Shown one piece after another: positions 1 to 11,585 of a stretch of DNA of 64,000 nt; position 1 is the stretch's first letter, and every line of letters begins with the position of its first letter. The notes below the pieces were generated by a model. It was not told the origin of the DNA. It did not search any database and was given only the letters and a program-made list of their open reading frames with translations. A program made the translations under genes and the position numbers. The DNA lies in assembly GCF_036971445.1 (NCBI RefSeq), contig NC_091470.1, positions 190,340,001 to 190,404,000 of the forward strand, read 5' to 3'. Source of the DNA: Narcine bancroftii. Its lineage: Eukaryota.

Positions 1-385
1 GAGAAAATTCAAGAGAAATTCTTCCTTTCATTTGGCATATACAGATGTCATGTTGAATATGATAAACAAGGGTATAAGGATTATGTGGAAAAGGTATCTG
101 AAGATATCTTGAAATATAAAGATGACAGAAAATGGTATTTACCTCATCATGGAGTTATACATCCAAAAAAGGAGAAACTGTGTGTTGTATTTGATTGTGG
201 AACATCATTTCAAGGAGTTTCATAAATTCTCACCTTTTACAAGGTCCAGACTTAACCACTACTTAAAGAGATGCTCTGATAAGATTTTGTAAAGGACCTA
301 TGGTGATTGCTGCAGATATTGAAGGGTTGTTTCAAGTGGAAGTACCATCAGAAGATTATGTGGTTTTGCAAGCAGAGAGAGTCAA
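1..385 (+). mobile_element. BEL/Pao LTR retrotransposon pol (RT) fragment, degraded
   Basis: Translates KWYLPHHGVIHPKKEKLCVVFDCG...LLQGPDL...IAADIEGLF, the BEL/Pao RT signature; has stops and frameshifts. Confidence 0.8.
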
Positions 386-523
386 NNNNNNNNNNNNNNN
401 NNNNNNNNNNNNNNNNNNNNNNNNNNNNNNNNNNNNNNNNNNNNNNNNNNNNNNNNNNNNNNNNNNNNNNNNNNNNNNNNNNNNNNNNNNNNNNNNNNNN
501 NNNNNNNNNNNNNNNNNNNNNNN
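386..523. other. Assembly gap (138 N)
   Basis: Run of N. Confidence 1.
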
Positions 524-1161
524 AACAGCCAGCAGAAGCAGCTGGGACTGAAACAGGACAAGCTGGCAAGTTTATGAAAAATCATCTACTTGGAAGACAG
601 CCTGGTCAAAGCCCTTGTGGTTCATGCAAGAGGAGAGGACAGACTGTCTAATGTTTCACTTGGAATAAGGGAAACAGAAAGGAACTCTGTGGTGAACTGA
701 AAGAAAGAGGTAATCATCTGGAGAACCTGAAGGGGCAAGTTTTATCAGCAAGATACTAAAGTGGGTGATTAAAAACAAACAACAAATCTCTCTCTGAAAA
801 TTGACAAGATCCTTCCTGAGTGGTAACCATTTACCTTTCAAACACCAAAGTCTGATGAACTTTACATATGTTAAATTCTGTGCACAGTATAAGATTTGCC
901 TGCAACCAGTGAACTTGGAGGAATGAGAAGTGAGATTGGACTGTGAACCAAAGAACTTTTCTAAACTTACACACACATTACATACACATGCACTTAGATT
1001 GAGAAGAGGGTTAATTTAGGCTGTCAATCAATAGAGATAAGTTAAAGTTTGATTATATATTCACGTTTAAAGATAATTAAAAGCAACTTTTGTTTAAGTA
1101 ACCATTTGTCATGGTGATAATCTATTGCTGCTGGGTTTTCAGGTCCTCTGGGCTCGTAACA
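524..1161 (+). mobile_element. LTR, 5' end lost in the gap; same family as 21021-21787
   Basis: Ends ...GGGCTCGTAACA with ATTAAA ~85 bp upstream; long similarity to 21021-21787. Confidence 0.7.
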
Positions 1162-1355
1162 ACCACTCTAGGTAAATAGGAGTCTGAAAGGATTAGGGGT
1201 TCTGTGGATAAATGTGAGTTGGGGTCTGCATGGGCAGAACAGGTAAAATTAGAGTCAATTGGACAATTTAAAACCACAATTGTTAGGGAAAAAATAGAAG
1301 TAGCATTGAAAATAACATAGTAACTGCAAAGAGTGGACATGTCAGAAATAAAGAC

Positions 1356-1790
1356 CATGGACTGGACTGAATGACGAAGTGTGCTAAACAAAATAGCACG
1401 ATGAGTAAAGCGACTGTAGTTGAATTTGAAAAATGGGAGAAAAGAACAAAAAAAGCTGTCAACCCAGTGGCCAAGGGAAGGCACCTTTGACATAAACGTG
1501 TAATGAAATGGAATGGAATTACTGATCAAAAATCATGTCCAAAGATAAATCTGAAATATGAGAAGGAAAGAGAGAGCAGGAGATAGAGATAGTGAAGCTT
1601 TTCAGGACAGGAGAGAAACTGGGGAAGGTGTGTCAGGCGGTGAGAGTAACTAAAGAAGAAAGTAAAAATAACTACAGAAACAGCCTGAACAGGAGGAGAA
1701 TCAGGAAAAGAGACCAACATTATGTGGAGTAAATGGAACTCAGTGCACTTATTATTCAACCTTGATACAGGGATATAGGGGAGGGGGCTA
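1356..1790 (+). mobile_element. ERV gag (matrix-region) remnant
   Basis: Degraded frame containing QWPREGTFD, a WP.xG.F motif typical of gamma/epsilon-like matrix. Confidence 0.4.
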
Positions 1791-1799
1791 CAAGGGGTC

Positions 1800-2066
1800 T
1801 GATTTACCTTGTACGTAATGGTCATTTACCTTGTATGTGGAATAATGATGTAATCTTTTATTTCAACTTGTTTTCTCGAGTGTATAAAAGTTGATGCATC
1901 CCCTTGTTGAGCCGATACCCCGGAGACTGCTTTCAAGGCTGAAAGCAGTAAGGGTTCTCTCAGGTTAACTTGGTGTCCAATAAAGAGTTAGCTGGACCAG
2001 TTCTGTGTGCTGTGTTCTTTGCATTGGGAAGTGGTAGTTTCAATACATTTGGCAAACCAGGAGTCC
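1800..2066 (+). mobile_element. ERV 'C' 5' LTR (to 2047) plus degenerate tRNA-Arg-like PBS
   Basis: TATAAAA ~1883, AATAAA ~1979, ends ...CAATACA at 2047, then TT-TGGCAAACCAGGAGTC, resembling TGGCGAGCCAGCCAGGAGTC. 5' boundary approximate. Confidence 0.55.
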
Positions 2067-3085
2067 AGGATTAAGGAACGTTTACTGGATGGTGTCAGTG
2101 ACCAGCTGGACTAGTCTCTAAAGACTAAAATACAGGCCCATAGGACTCTTTCCTGGTTCTTCTCTTAAGGTGTTAGATCAATTGATCTCTCCCTCCCTAT
2201 AGCATAACTCTGATGGACTCAAGATGAACTAAGAGTGTCAAATCCCGAGCACACAGAGGATAAGGGCTTGAGGATTTGCCCAATGAGGGGATAAAAGTAC
2301 TGTCCAATATAACATGTTGTCCTAGTTCTGATGCCCTGCCTTAGACTGGTTGTTAAGAGGGGAAATCCCCCACGCGAAGGTCAGGACCCTGAAGTAGCGC
2401 AGAGGAACAAAAGAACAACATGGGACAAGTGTGTGATCAATTAGGAATAAACAGTGACGTGAGGTCCCTGGAACAGCCAATGTGTTATTTATATCTGAAA
2501 TATGGTAGAAATTTAAATTGGGCAGTGAGTTGCACAACTCAGAAAAAGGAAAGAATGGAGCAGAAGGCTAGAAAAGGGCTGGCCAAGTAAATTTATGATA
2601 GAGTTAAAAATATATCAGAAAAGGGACTGGTCCCACCCATGTTCCAATTACACGGAGCAGGAGGAAGAATTTATAATGGTAGTAATTCAGCGGTGGCAAA
2701 GTAACATATGTGGAAACAAAAATAAGAGTTGGAGAGATAATGGGAGCCACAGGGGAGGAAATTTTGGGGATCTCCATTGCATGTCTGGAATATTGCTTGG
2801 TAATTAAAGTCAATAATGATTGGCCGCTCCCACTCTGAATGCGCAGTTTTTTAAGGCTGAAATTAAACATTTCTCCACGTAAGATGTGTAATAAAAATTA
2901 AATTTAAATAAGGAACAGACCAGCACCAACTACAGACTATGAAACGGATTTAGCATTTTAGATTAAAGAGATGATAATTATGATTAAAATGGTAACACTT
3001 TCTCTCAGGCACCAAAAGGTTAACAAGCAAAAGGTGGAAAAAATTAAACCCCGGGGACCTGGTCAGGCAGGGCGACCTTATTCTT

Positions 3086-4174
3086 TTTTTTTTAAACTTT
3101 ATTTAAGATTTTATAACATGAATAACATATAGGATTACATTTAAAAAAAATTAAGAATAAAATAATAAAATTACAATACAGTATCAGTAATCTAAATAAA
3201 CTATACCCTCCCCAATAATTATTACACATTAATAACCCAACTCAAATTAGTCCAACCCCCCCTTTCCCCCAAAAAATAGAGTGAAGAATTAATAAAGTTA
3301 ATAATATATGTGAGAAAAAAAACACACTTACAAAAAAAAAACAAAAACATAACCGATTAAAATACTAACAAAAAGAAAAGTAATTAATACTAAGATATCA
3401 GACTTAAAAAACATATTTAAATCAAACTTAAATGCATATATTTAACAAACGGAGTTAAGATGAAACATATATTTAACTCAAACTTAATAAAAAAAATTAG
3501 TAAAGTAACATTATCTATCAAAAATTCTTAAACAATAATCAATTCTTAAAAAAAATTGTAGCATGAAAAAAAAATGAAAAAAAAACTTTCTCTGTAGAGA
3601 TAAACCTTCACCAAATATCAACTAACTTCACATCTATCATCATATTAGTCACATAAACCACCATCTTAAAACAAAATTCAAACCTCATTAAGCATTGTAC
3701 AATTCAATTTTAGTACTCTTCCACCATTTTTCCCTTTTACTCTTGAATAGTTATCCAATAAAAGCTCCAATACCACATTTAAATATCCCCAATCATTACG
3801 TTAAAATTCAGATATCCAAATAATAAAAACACATCTTCAACGAAATCTATATCTTCAACAAATGGAGCATAAACCATAAACAAAATTCAAGCCTCATTAA
3901 GAATTGTACAATTCAATTTATAACTTTCACCATTATTCCCTTCATTCTATAACTAAAATAGCAAAATAATATACACCAAAATTACCACTCCTTTCACTTT
4001 AAAGTTAAAGAAAAAATTTAAAAAAACTTATCCATCCCATTCACATTTAAATTTCCGATATTCCTTATCTACTGAATAAACTTTACAAAAAAAACCACAT
4101 CAATTTTTAGTTTTTTAAACAATCAAATACTTTCTTATGCTTTTTTTATATATTTAAACAAAAGAAGACCCCTT
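3086..4174 (-). mobile_element. 5'-truncated L1-type LINE 3' end with 17-bp TSD
   Basis: Poly(T) plus reverse AATAAA at the left end; TSD AGGGCGACCTTATTCTT at 3069-3085 and 4175-4191; very AT-rich. Confidence 0.75.
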
Positions 4175-6201
4175 AGGGCGACCTTATTCTTGCAGAGCGA
4201 TGAGATTCCTTGTAGGTAAGGCCATCCCCATATGTACCCCAGCAGCCACCGTGACCAGACCTGTGTCTCACTAGTTACGATAAAGAAGAAGGTTTCAGAC
4301 TTAGCTTTGATGTAAAATTGTTGCTCATTTTGGAAAAACAAATTTGAAAGTTTGCCTCGTAATTTCATTGACAGGAGAAAGACTGTGCATGAGTGAGGAA
4401 GAAGGGGTTAAAGAGCTTGAACTGAAAGTTATCTGCAGTAATTTGAAACCTGCCTTCCAGAGAGCTTCACCATGCAGCAATTTCACAAGTTGATGGACTT
4501 TAAAAAGTAACAATAAAGAAATGGTGTTCTACTTCTGCAGTGTTTCCTGGTTCTAATTTGTACAGAGGGAGTAAAAACAAATCACACCGAAGAAAGAATT
4601 TTTTTTTTTTAAACTGCAAATTGTTTAAACTGGTCTAATACCAATAACAACCTAGAGAAGTGGTGATGACTCCTGGGCCGAGTATTAAAGAGTAAGAGCT
4701 GAGATACCTTTGAAACCCAGAGTAAAATACATCCAACATTTAGGAGAAGCTCTCCTGACTCAAGCACTTTTGAGCTACTATTAACGTTTCCCTTAGTGAA
4801 TTCATCTGACCTTCTATGAGTGTATTACTGTTAACTCGATGGCCTTTTTAAAACTGCCTTGTGAAAAATAGAGAAATGAAATAATGAAGATGGCTGCCTT
4901 CTATCATCCAGTTTTCCATGAATTTTAATTGTTTGGCCTTGTTGGAGCCTACAGGATAGGGAAATAAATACTTATGCCCATACCAGAACCTTTTACCCCT
5001 TGGGAGTGATTACACAGGTGCTCCTGCAAAAGCTGCTGTTATAAACGGTCCCTTCACCGTTTATTCAGAAAGCGATGAACTGCTTGAATAGACTGGTCTT
5101 GCCTGATTTGGTGTTGAAGCATAAGTTCGGGATCACTCCTACCATTTCGTTAAGCTCTGTAAACAGTAGGGGGTGTGCCAGAGATCAAAATATGAACCAC
5201 CCCCACTGAACAATTTCTGAACTAAATGTAATTTCTTTTACTTAAACTACTTAATTGTATATATGCAATAATGTAGATTGGCTAAGGAGGAGTGGCATAG
5301 GAGGGACACGTCACTAATTTAACAATGTAGGACATTCCTGCCTACAGCATAATCCTGGTAAAAAAATTGAATGCCGACCATTTGAGTGTCTATGGATTGA
5401 TTTTATAGAATTAAGTACATAACTACAAGTATTGTCTTGTTGTTATTGATTTGCCTGGGACCTTAAAGAATAAATTGACCAAGTTGTGAGCAGAAACTGG
5501 GTTGGATTGGATGAAGGAATTGGAGACTATAGTGACTCCACTACTCCCATTAACCCCAGCCAGGAGGAATAGTGGAATGTGCAAATTAAAAAAAAACTAA
5601 ACTGGCCAAATTGACTGAGGAAACAGGGCTAAATATGGCTAAAAAGTGCTACTCCCGCATTGTTTTAAATGCAGATGACACCGCAGGCTAAGTTAGGGCT
5701 ATCTGCTGCAGAGATGGTTCACGGACAGCCAATACTGACATCTTGGGGAGCAAAGCCCGCCAGTAGGGATGGCTATATTATCATTAGGTGAGGACATAAG
5801 CAAATGTTCAAGTAATCTAACTAAAACTTTTTTGATAGATGTGTTCACAGGTACAACAAGCACACCTAAAGGAGGCTGATCCAACAACAGATCAAAGTGG
5901 TGAATATCCTGATATCAAACCTGAGAATTATGTTCTGGGAAAGAATTGGATCGGAAGAAATTGGAAACTCGCTGAAAAGGAGACAGAATGGAGAAGGAGA
6001 TAAACAAGTGGAAGACAGCAGGAGATAACATGACACCTTTTATTAAATAGTATATCCAGTCATAGCCATACTAAACCTGGGAGAAAGTTGATGCAAATCT
6101 CTTAGTGTAGACAATGAGACATTTATTTTGACATAAAGCATATCCGTGGCTCACTACTAATTGGATGGGGTCCTGTTAATTGAAATATGTGGTTCCTTCT
6201 A

Positions 6202-6517
6202 TGTGGTGGTATACCATCAGCCTACTGCAGGGAGCAACCTCTGTACCTGCAGGAGTGTACTGCCGGCCTACTGCAGGGGGCAACCTCTGTACCTGCAGGA
6301 GTGTAAGGGGACAGGACAACACCTGGCCAGCTGTCAATCAGTCGGCCTGAAGGGATCAAGCCCCACCCGGTCGGGTGTCAATCACCCTCCGGGATATAAG
6401 CCTGCGCCAGCCTCCCAAGGCCTCACACAGAGTTACCGCAGCTACTGCTTGTGGATTAAAGCCTGTTGTACAGTCTTTACCTTGTGTGTGTCTGATTCTG
6501 GCTAACAGTGCACCACA
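6202..6517 (+). mobile_element. Solo LTR (Gypsy-type), related to 23127-23602
   Basis: TGTGGTG...CACCACA termini, TATAA and ATTAAA inside; shares GCCTACTGCAG...CTCTGTACCTGCAGG and GGCTGTCAATCA blocks with 23127-23602. Confidence 0.7.
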
Positions 6518-7785
6518 ATTTACACATCATGTACAAGAGTTACACTAGTCAGAAGTTAGGGCTATTGGGTAATGAATCGTTTAAGTGGTTCCAAGCAGCT
6601 AAAGGAAGGTGTATAGAAAGCCAGCCACACTTGTTTGATGAGATAGATAGTATGACTAGAGGAGGTTGCTAGGGTACTTGCTTTTACAACACAACCACTC
6701 CTGAATTAGCACAGTCAGTATATTTCTTAAATAACAGTTACCCCATGTGTTTTGATGGCCTGGGATGGGGCTGTAGGATGGTAACATTAAACGATGATTT
6801 ACCCTTGTATAGAAGAACACTGCTGGGAGCACGATTGTAGGATTAAGGAAGGTCACTTCTCATGCACTTGTTTAAGGAAAGAATGTTTGAATTTAACTCG
6901 AGGATAGTTTGTGGGGATGCTGCTGGGAAAAAAAAATAGGAAAAATATAAAGTAAGAATAGGAAAAATCACCCTTGATTTTGCTAAATAGAGATCCCAGA
7001 CATTGTACCAATAAATGTACCAAGACTCCACCACGTGTTATCAGTTAAAGAAACCCTATGTATTACAGGAAACAGCCTCCCTGCCTTGTTTGCCATTGGA
7101 ACGTTAGGACCTCTTGTCACCCCATGCCCAGAAAACGCTAGAGTCAAATGACAGATCATCACCGAGGAATGTCAAAGGACCATAACAATCCTGTTACCCT
7201 AGGATCTGACATTGGAAGGGGAGTCCTCAGCTTCTTGTCCCTCAGCCAAGAATCATCATAATTATCTCATCTGTGGTTTAACAGCATTGTGGAATGAGAT
7301 AGTAGCAGGGTTGGAGGCTGTAAATTGTGAATTGGTAGAATCGAGGCTTTTCTCACAACAAACAAGATATGCGGTGGATTATCAGTTTGCTACCCAGGGT
7401 GGGGTATACTCGATTAGAGGGGATACAAAGGTTGCAGATGAATCCTTCAATATCTCTAAGGCAATACAAGATATGTATAATCAGTTAGACTGTTTTAGAC
7501 AGGGAGCAAGGGAACAGAATGGATGGCTTGCTTGGTTAACCTGAATATTTGGAGAGTCATGGGGGTGTCATATATCTTACATGCAATTCTGATATTAGCT
7601 CATTAAAAATTACAAACCAAAAGACAAATCTAGGAAAACAAATATAGTATTAAAGTGAATTAAAACACAAAATGGAATCCAGAATGAGGTTACAGATTGG
7701 TATAACCTTCATAAGACACCAACAGATGGCCTTGGAATGCAGGTAGTGCAGATAAGAAATATATTTTGGGGATAATGACTCTTTG

Positions 7786-7788
<3 letters not shown>

Positions 7789-7828
<40 letters not shown>

Positions 7829-7860
7829 CCCCCCCCCCCCCCCTCTCTCTCTCTCTCTCT
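7789..7860. repeat. (CT)n-(C)n-(CT)n microsatellite
   Basis: Directly visible. Confidence 0.95.
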
Positions 7861-7894
7861 CAATGTCAGACCATTTAGGACTTAAAGGGGGCAA

Positions 7895-8314
7895 TATATG
7901 GAAAATAAACCACAGGAACTACCATCCATTTCTTGGTAACAATTTACACACACTATGTTACAAAAGTAATAATCCATTATGTATTTACTACACAAGGCTA
8001 CAGTAATGAATAGAAGGCAGCAGGTGGCAGGAGATGATGAAACACGTGGTTCAAAACATGATTAGATTACTGGGTGGAAAATAATGAAAATAGTTGTGGT
8101 GAGACAAGGGATGGTGTCCTGTTAAGGAATGGGGTTATGAATGATTGGGTGCAGAAATGTGAATGTCAGGACTATTTTATATAAAAAAAGGGCAGTGTTT
8201 CATAGCAACAGGCATTTCAGAGTCCAGGCTTTGCTTTGTCTCAGTTTTTGTTTGCAAATAAAGGCTTAAACTTTTCTTAAGAATTCTCTGCATTTCCTGA
8301 CTCATTTTTGGACA
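7895..8314 (+). mobile_element. ERV 3' LTR
   Basis: Follows the PPT and env relic; TATA-like ~8176, AATAAA ~8257, ends ...TTGGACA. Confidence 0.6.
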
Positions 8315-8800
8315 TCAAAACACCGTCACAAGTTCAATATATGATCCTTTGGGAATATTGGCATCAGTAGAATTAATAGCCAAGAAAATTCTGCAAGAAT
8401 TGTGCAGAAGAAAATTTGGATGGGCTGAAACGATACCAGATTCCATCGCATAAGATTGGATTGAAAGTCTTAAAATGTTAGAAAATGTTGACATCAACGA
8501 ATGCTTTAAATCAACAGATTTTGGAATTGCTACATTTGCTCAGTTATGCAATTTTGCTGACACAAGGGAAGGTGGTTTTGGTCCTGTCAGCTATTTAGTA
8601 TTGCAAAATAACCAAGAGGAAGTACATTGTGGGTTTGTAATGGAAAAAGCCAGAGTTGTTCCATTAAAGCCAGTCACCAGACCTCGTATGGAATTGACTG
8701 GCGCTACTATGGCGAGTAAAATGGACACTGTGTTAAGAAAAGAATTACAGAGAGAGTTAGCTGATTCTATGTTTGGACTGATAGTACATCAGTATTCAAA
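8315..8800 (+). mobile_element. BEL/Pao pol fragment (RNase H / peptidase A17 region), collinear with 1-385
   Basis: SSIYDPLGILAS...KKILQELCRRKFGW and FVMEKARVVPLKPVTRPRMELTGA. Confidence 0.85.
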
Positions 8801-9380
8801 TACAGGAGAGACCACCCTCCTCCATGTAAACAACTCTGGTAGAGAGAGTGGAGAGCACCAAGTTCCTGGGAGTCCACTTAACTAGTGACCTATCATGGAC
8901 CCACAACATCTCCTTACTTGTCAGGAAGCTGCAACAGTGACTGAGAAGACTGAAGCGGGCAAGGCTACTGGCCACCAATGTGTCAACCCTCTACAGGAGA
9001 TCTATCGAGAGCATCCTGGCCGGCTGCATCATTGAATGGTACAGTTGCTGTCGAGAAATGGATCCGAGGTCAATCCCCAGAACCGTGAGTGGCAGAGAGG
9101 ATCTCTGAAGTCTCCCTCCCACCCATCGATGTGATCAACCAAGATCGTTTTCTGAAGAGGGCGTGCAAGATTATTGAGGACCTCTTCCACCCTGACAACA
9201 GCATCTTCCCCGTTGGGGAAGAGATACAGGATGATCAGAGCCAGCACCACCAGGGCTGTGGAACAGCTTCTTCCCACGGGCAGTGAGAAGGCGGAACGAC
9301 CAAAGGAACTGGTCTCAATAACCCTCCGAGACTTTAATATTCAGGAATCAATACTTTTTATTTGTATATATGAATACTCC
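8801..9380 (+). mobile_element. Rex1/Babar-type LINE 3' fragment
   Basis: ERVESTKFLGVHLTSDLSWTHNISLLVRK motif. Confidence 0.65.
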
Positions 9381-9386
9381 TCCTGG

Positions 9387-9590
9387 ATAGAACATTACAG
9401 CACAGTACAGGCCCTTGGCCCTTGATGTTGTGCTAAGAAAAGTACTAAACCCTCCATACCCCATAACCCTCTATTTCCACCCATGTGCCTGTCTGAGAGT
9501 CTCTTAAGGGACCCTAACGTTCCAGGCTCTACCACCATCCCTGGCAAGGCATTCCAGACCTTCACCCCTAAGCTTCCCTCCCTTCACTTT
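9387..9590 (-). mobile_element. CR1 LINE 3' end
   Basis: ATAGAACATTACAGCACAG...CAGGCCCTT terminal pattern, also seen at ~48870-49060. Confidence 0.6.
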
Positions 9591-9699
9591 ATACAGAGGT
9601 GCACTGTTTGAACGTGGGAGTGTTATGTGTCTGCGTGTTTTTGCACGGAGCACCGGAGAACTTGTACAATAAGATATGTGCTATGGCTGGTGAAGGAGA

Positions 9700-10242
9700 G
9701 GACTGAGGTGCAGGGGATGGGTGTGCCTGTCGATAGGGCGGGCGGGTTGGAAGGGAGCGGGCTGGAGGCGCAGGTTGCATGGCGAGGTAGGGGCAGGTTT
9801 GCTGTGAACCTGCGGGGAGCGCGGACTGGATGTGGAGCCTATTCCCGGGGTGAGCGGGGCGAGGGGATTGGAACGGTGGTTAGTCCCCGAACACTGTCCC
9901 CCGCGCCGTGACAGCGCAAGCTGCCTTCCACTTCCTTCTCCTGACTTGTGGATAGGACGACTCCAACGCCCATCCCTTCTCCCTTCCTCGTCGCTTCCAG
10001 CAGAGCAGAGCGTGTCACTCCGGACGGAGCTGGTTCCGTGATCAGTCGCCGGGATGGAGAGTTGGAACGGACGCTTGTCGCTCCTCGCCCTGTCCGCTCT
10101 CTATTCTGTCTCGGGGAGCCTCTCAGGTAAGTCCGGGGGTAAATGCTTTTGGCGGAATTCCGCTACCATCTTCTTAAAATCCCACAGAAGCAGGATTTTT
10201 TTTCATGGACAAGTGGGGAAATGCGGGGTTTTGCAACAGCGC
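9700..10242 (+). promoter_or_regulatory. CpG-rich promoter / first-exon region of the MHC class I-like gene
   Basis: Local CpG enrichment, GC-box-like motifs, inverted CCAAT (ATTGG ~9867), directly upstream of the leader exon. Confidence 0.6.
10054..10126 (+). CDS. MHC class I-like heavy chain, exon 1 (signal peptide)
   Basis: MESWNGRLSLLALSALYSVSGSLS plus CAG|GTAAGT phase-1 donor; splices in frame to the alpha1 exon. Confidence 0.8.
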
Positions 10243-11567
10243 TGTGAGAAACAGAAGTACCTTCACAGAAATTGCTGGAGACAAAAATTGAGAACAAAGA
10301 ACATTTATGATACAACAATGCAAAGTTGGGTGCTTCCCCTCACCCTGGGAATACACACACACTCTGGGGTTCACCCAACTTTTATACAGTTCATTTCAGT
10401 GTAGAGGTACCCTCCCCCCCCACCCCCCCCCCTAACATTCTTCTGCCTTCTGGATAAGTTTGGCATTAGGCAATCCTGTCTGCCTACCTGCTGTTTCTGT
10501 GAACTTGGAGGACCAGGAGGTATCCTATCTCATCATGTCATTGTCCTTATTGTCCTTGTCCTTATTCACAAACCTGCCTTTGTCCTTATTCACACCTTCC
10601 CGAACCTCAGGGCTACAACCTTCTTATGCAGAACTTGCTAATTCTGTCTAAAAGGCAAGAAGACCCTTATCTTATTCAGACTAACTTCCTACATTCTATT
10701 ATCTATTATCTATCCTTTCATACTGGCTTTATTCATCTCTCATATTTTCATATTAGTTTTACTCATCTCTCACAATCCTCACTTATCTTTTAGCTACGCT
10801 TCGTGAATTCTCAACTGGAATGTAACTTGGTCTTTTCCCCAGCGAGTCAGTAAACGAACTGCAGTCTCAACATCATCAGACAATTTGGGAAACATACATC
10901 CTTTGGGTTATAGTGATCTGACGAGGGGTCCGTTGAATTAAATACTGCACACGTCTTTAGGCAGGGGAGCACCATAATGGCCAGAATAGCGAGTCCAGCT
11001 GCTTAGTTATCTGATTGTCCCGTGCTTCCTTATCAGACTCCAGTTACCAATAAAAAGTCTAGTCCATCCTGTGAGAGATAGGTAAAACTAATATGAAAAT
11101 ATGAAAGATGAAGAAAACTAGTATGGATATATGTAATGAATAAAGCCAGTATGAATAAGATAAGGATAGATAATAGAATGTAGGAAGTAAAGTTAGTCTT
11201 TTAGACCGAATTAACAAGTTCTGCATATAAGAAGTTAGTAAGCCCTGAGAGTCGGGAAGGTGTGGATGAGGACAATGACATGATGGGACATCAACAGGAT
11301 ACCCCCTGGTCCTCCAAGTTCACAGAAACAGCACGTAGGCAGACAGGATTACCTAATGCCAAACTCATCCAGGAGGCAGAAGAATGTAAGGGGGAGGGTA
11401 CCTCTACACTGAAATGAACTGTATAAAAGTTGGGTGAGCCCCAGTGTGTGTGTGTATTCCCAGGGTAAGGGGAAGCACCCAACTTTGCATTGTTGTATAA
11501 TAAATGTTCTTTGTTCTCAATTTTTGTCTCGAGCAAATTTTGTGAAGGTACTTCTGTTTTTCACAAG

Positions 11568-11585
11568 TGGGGGCTCGTCCGGGAT
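11568..11585 (+). promoter_or_regulatory. Primer-binding site, tRNA-Pro
   Basis: TGGGGGCTCGTCCGGGAT 2 nt after the LTR end, the MLV-type PBS-Pro; also at 20160-20177 (-) and ~55362 (+, one G short). Confidence 0.95.

Larger units (their letters stand above)
2067..7894 (+). mobile_element. Heavily degraded ERV internal region (gag-pol-env relics)
   Basis: Gag-like start MGQVCDQLG ~2420; integrase relic KTKLAKLTEETGL...KLGLSAAEMVHGQP ~5590-5730; TM immunosuppressive-domain relic SQQTRYAVDYQFATQGGV in ORF 7212-7544; PPT AAAGGGGG ~7884. Confidence 0.7.

Noticed and set aside
9835-9875. MHC S-X-Y promoter module
   Set aside because: ATTGG is present but the X1/X2 match and spacing are unconvincing, and no clear ISRE or enhancer A was seen.
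10152-10163. 12-bp palindrome GCGGAATTCCGC as an NF-kB site
   Set aside because: Does not fit GGGRNNYYCC, and a palindrome this long is expected by chance in 64 kb.
11568-11585. tRNA gene
   Set aside because: Only the 18-nt complement of the tRNA-Pro 3' end (a PBS); no tRNA or rRNA genes were seen in the window.
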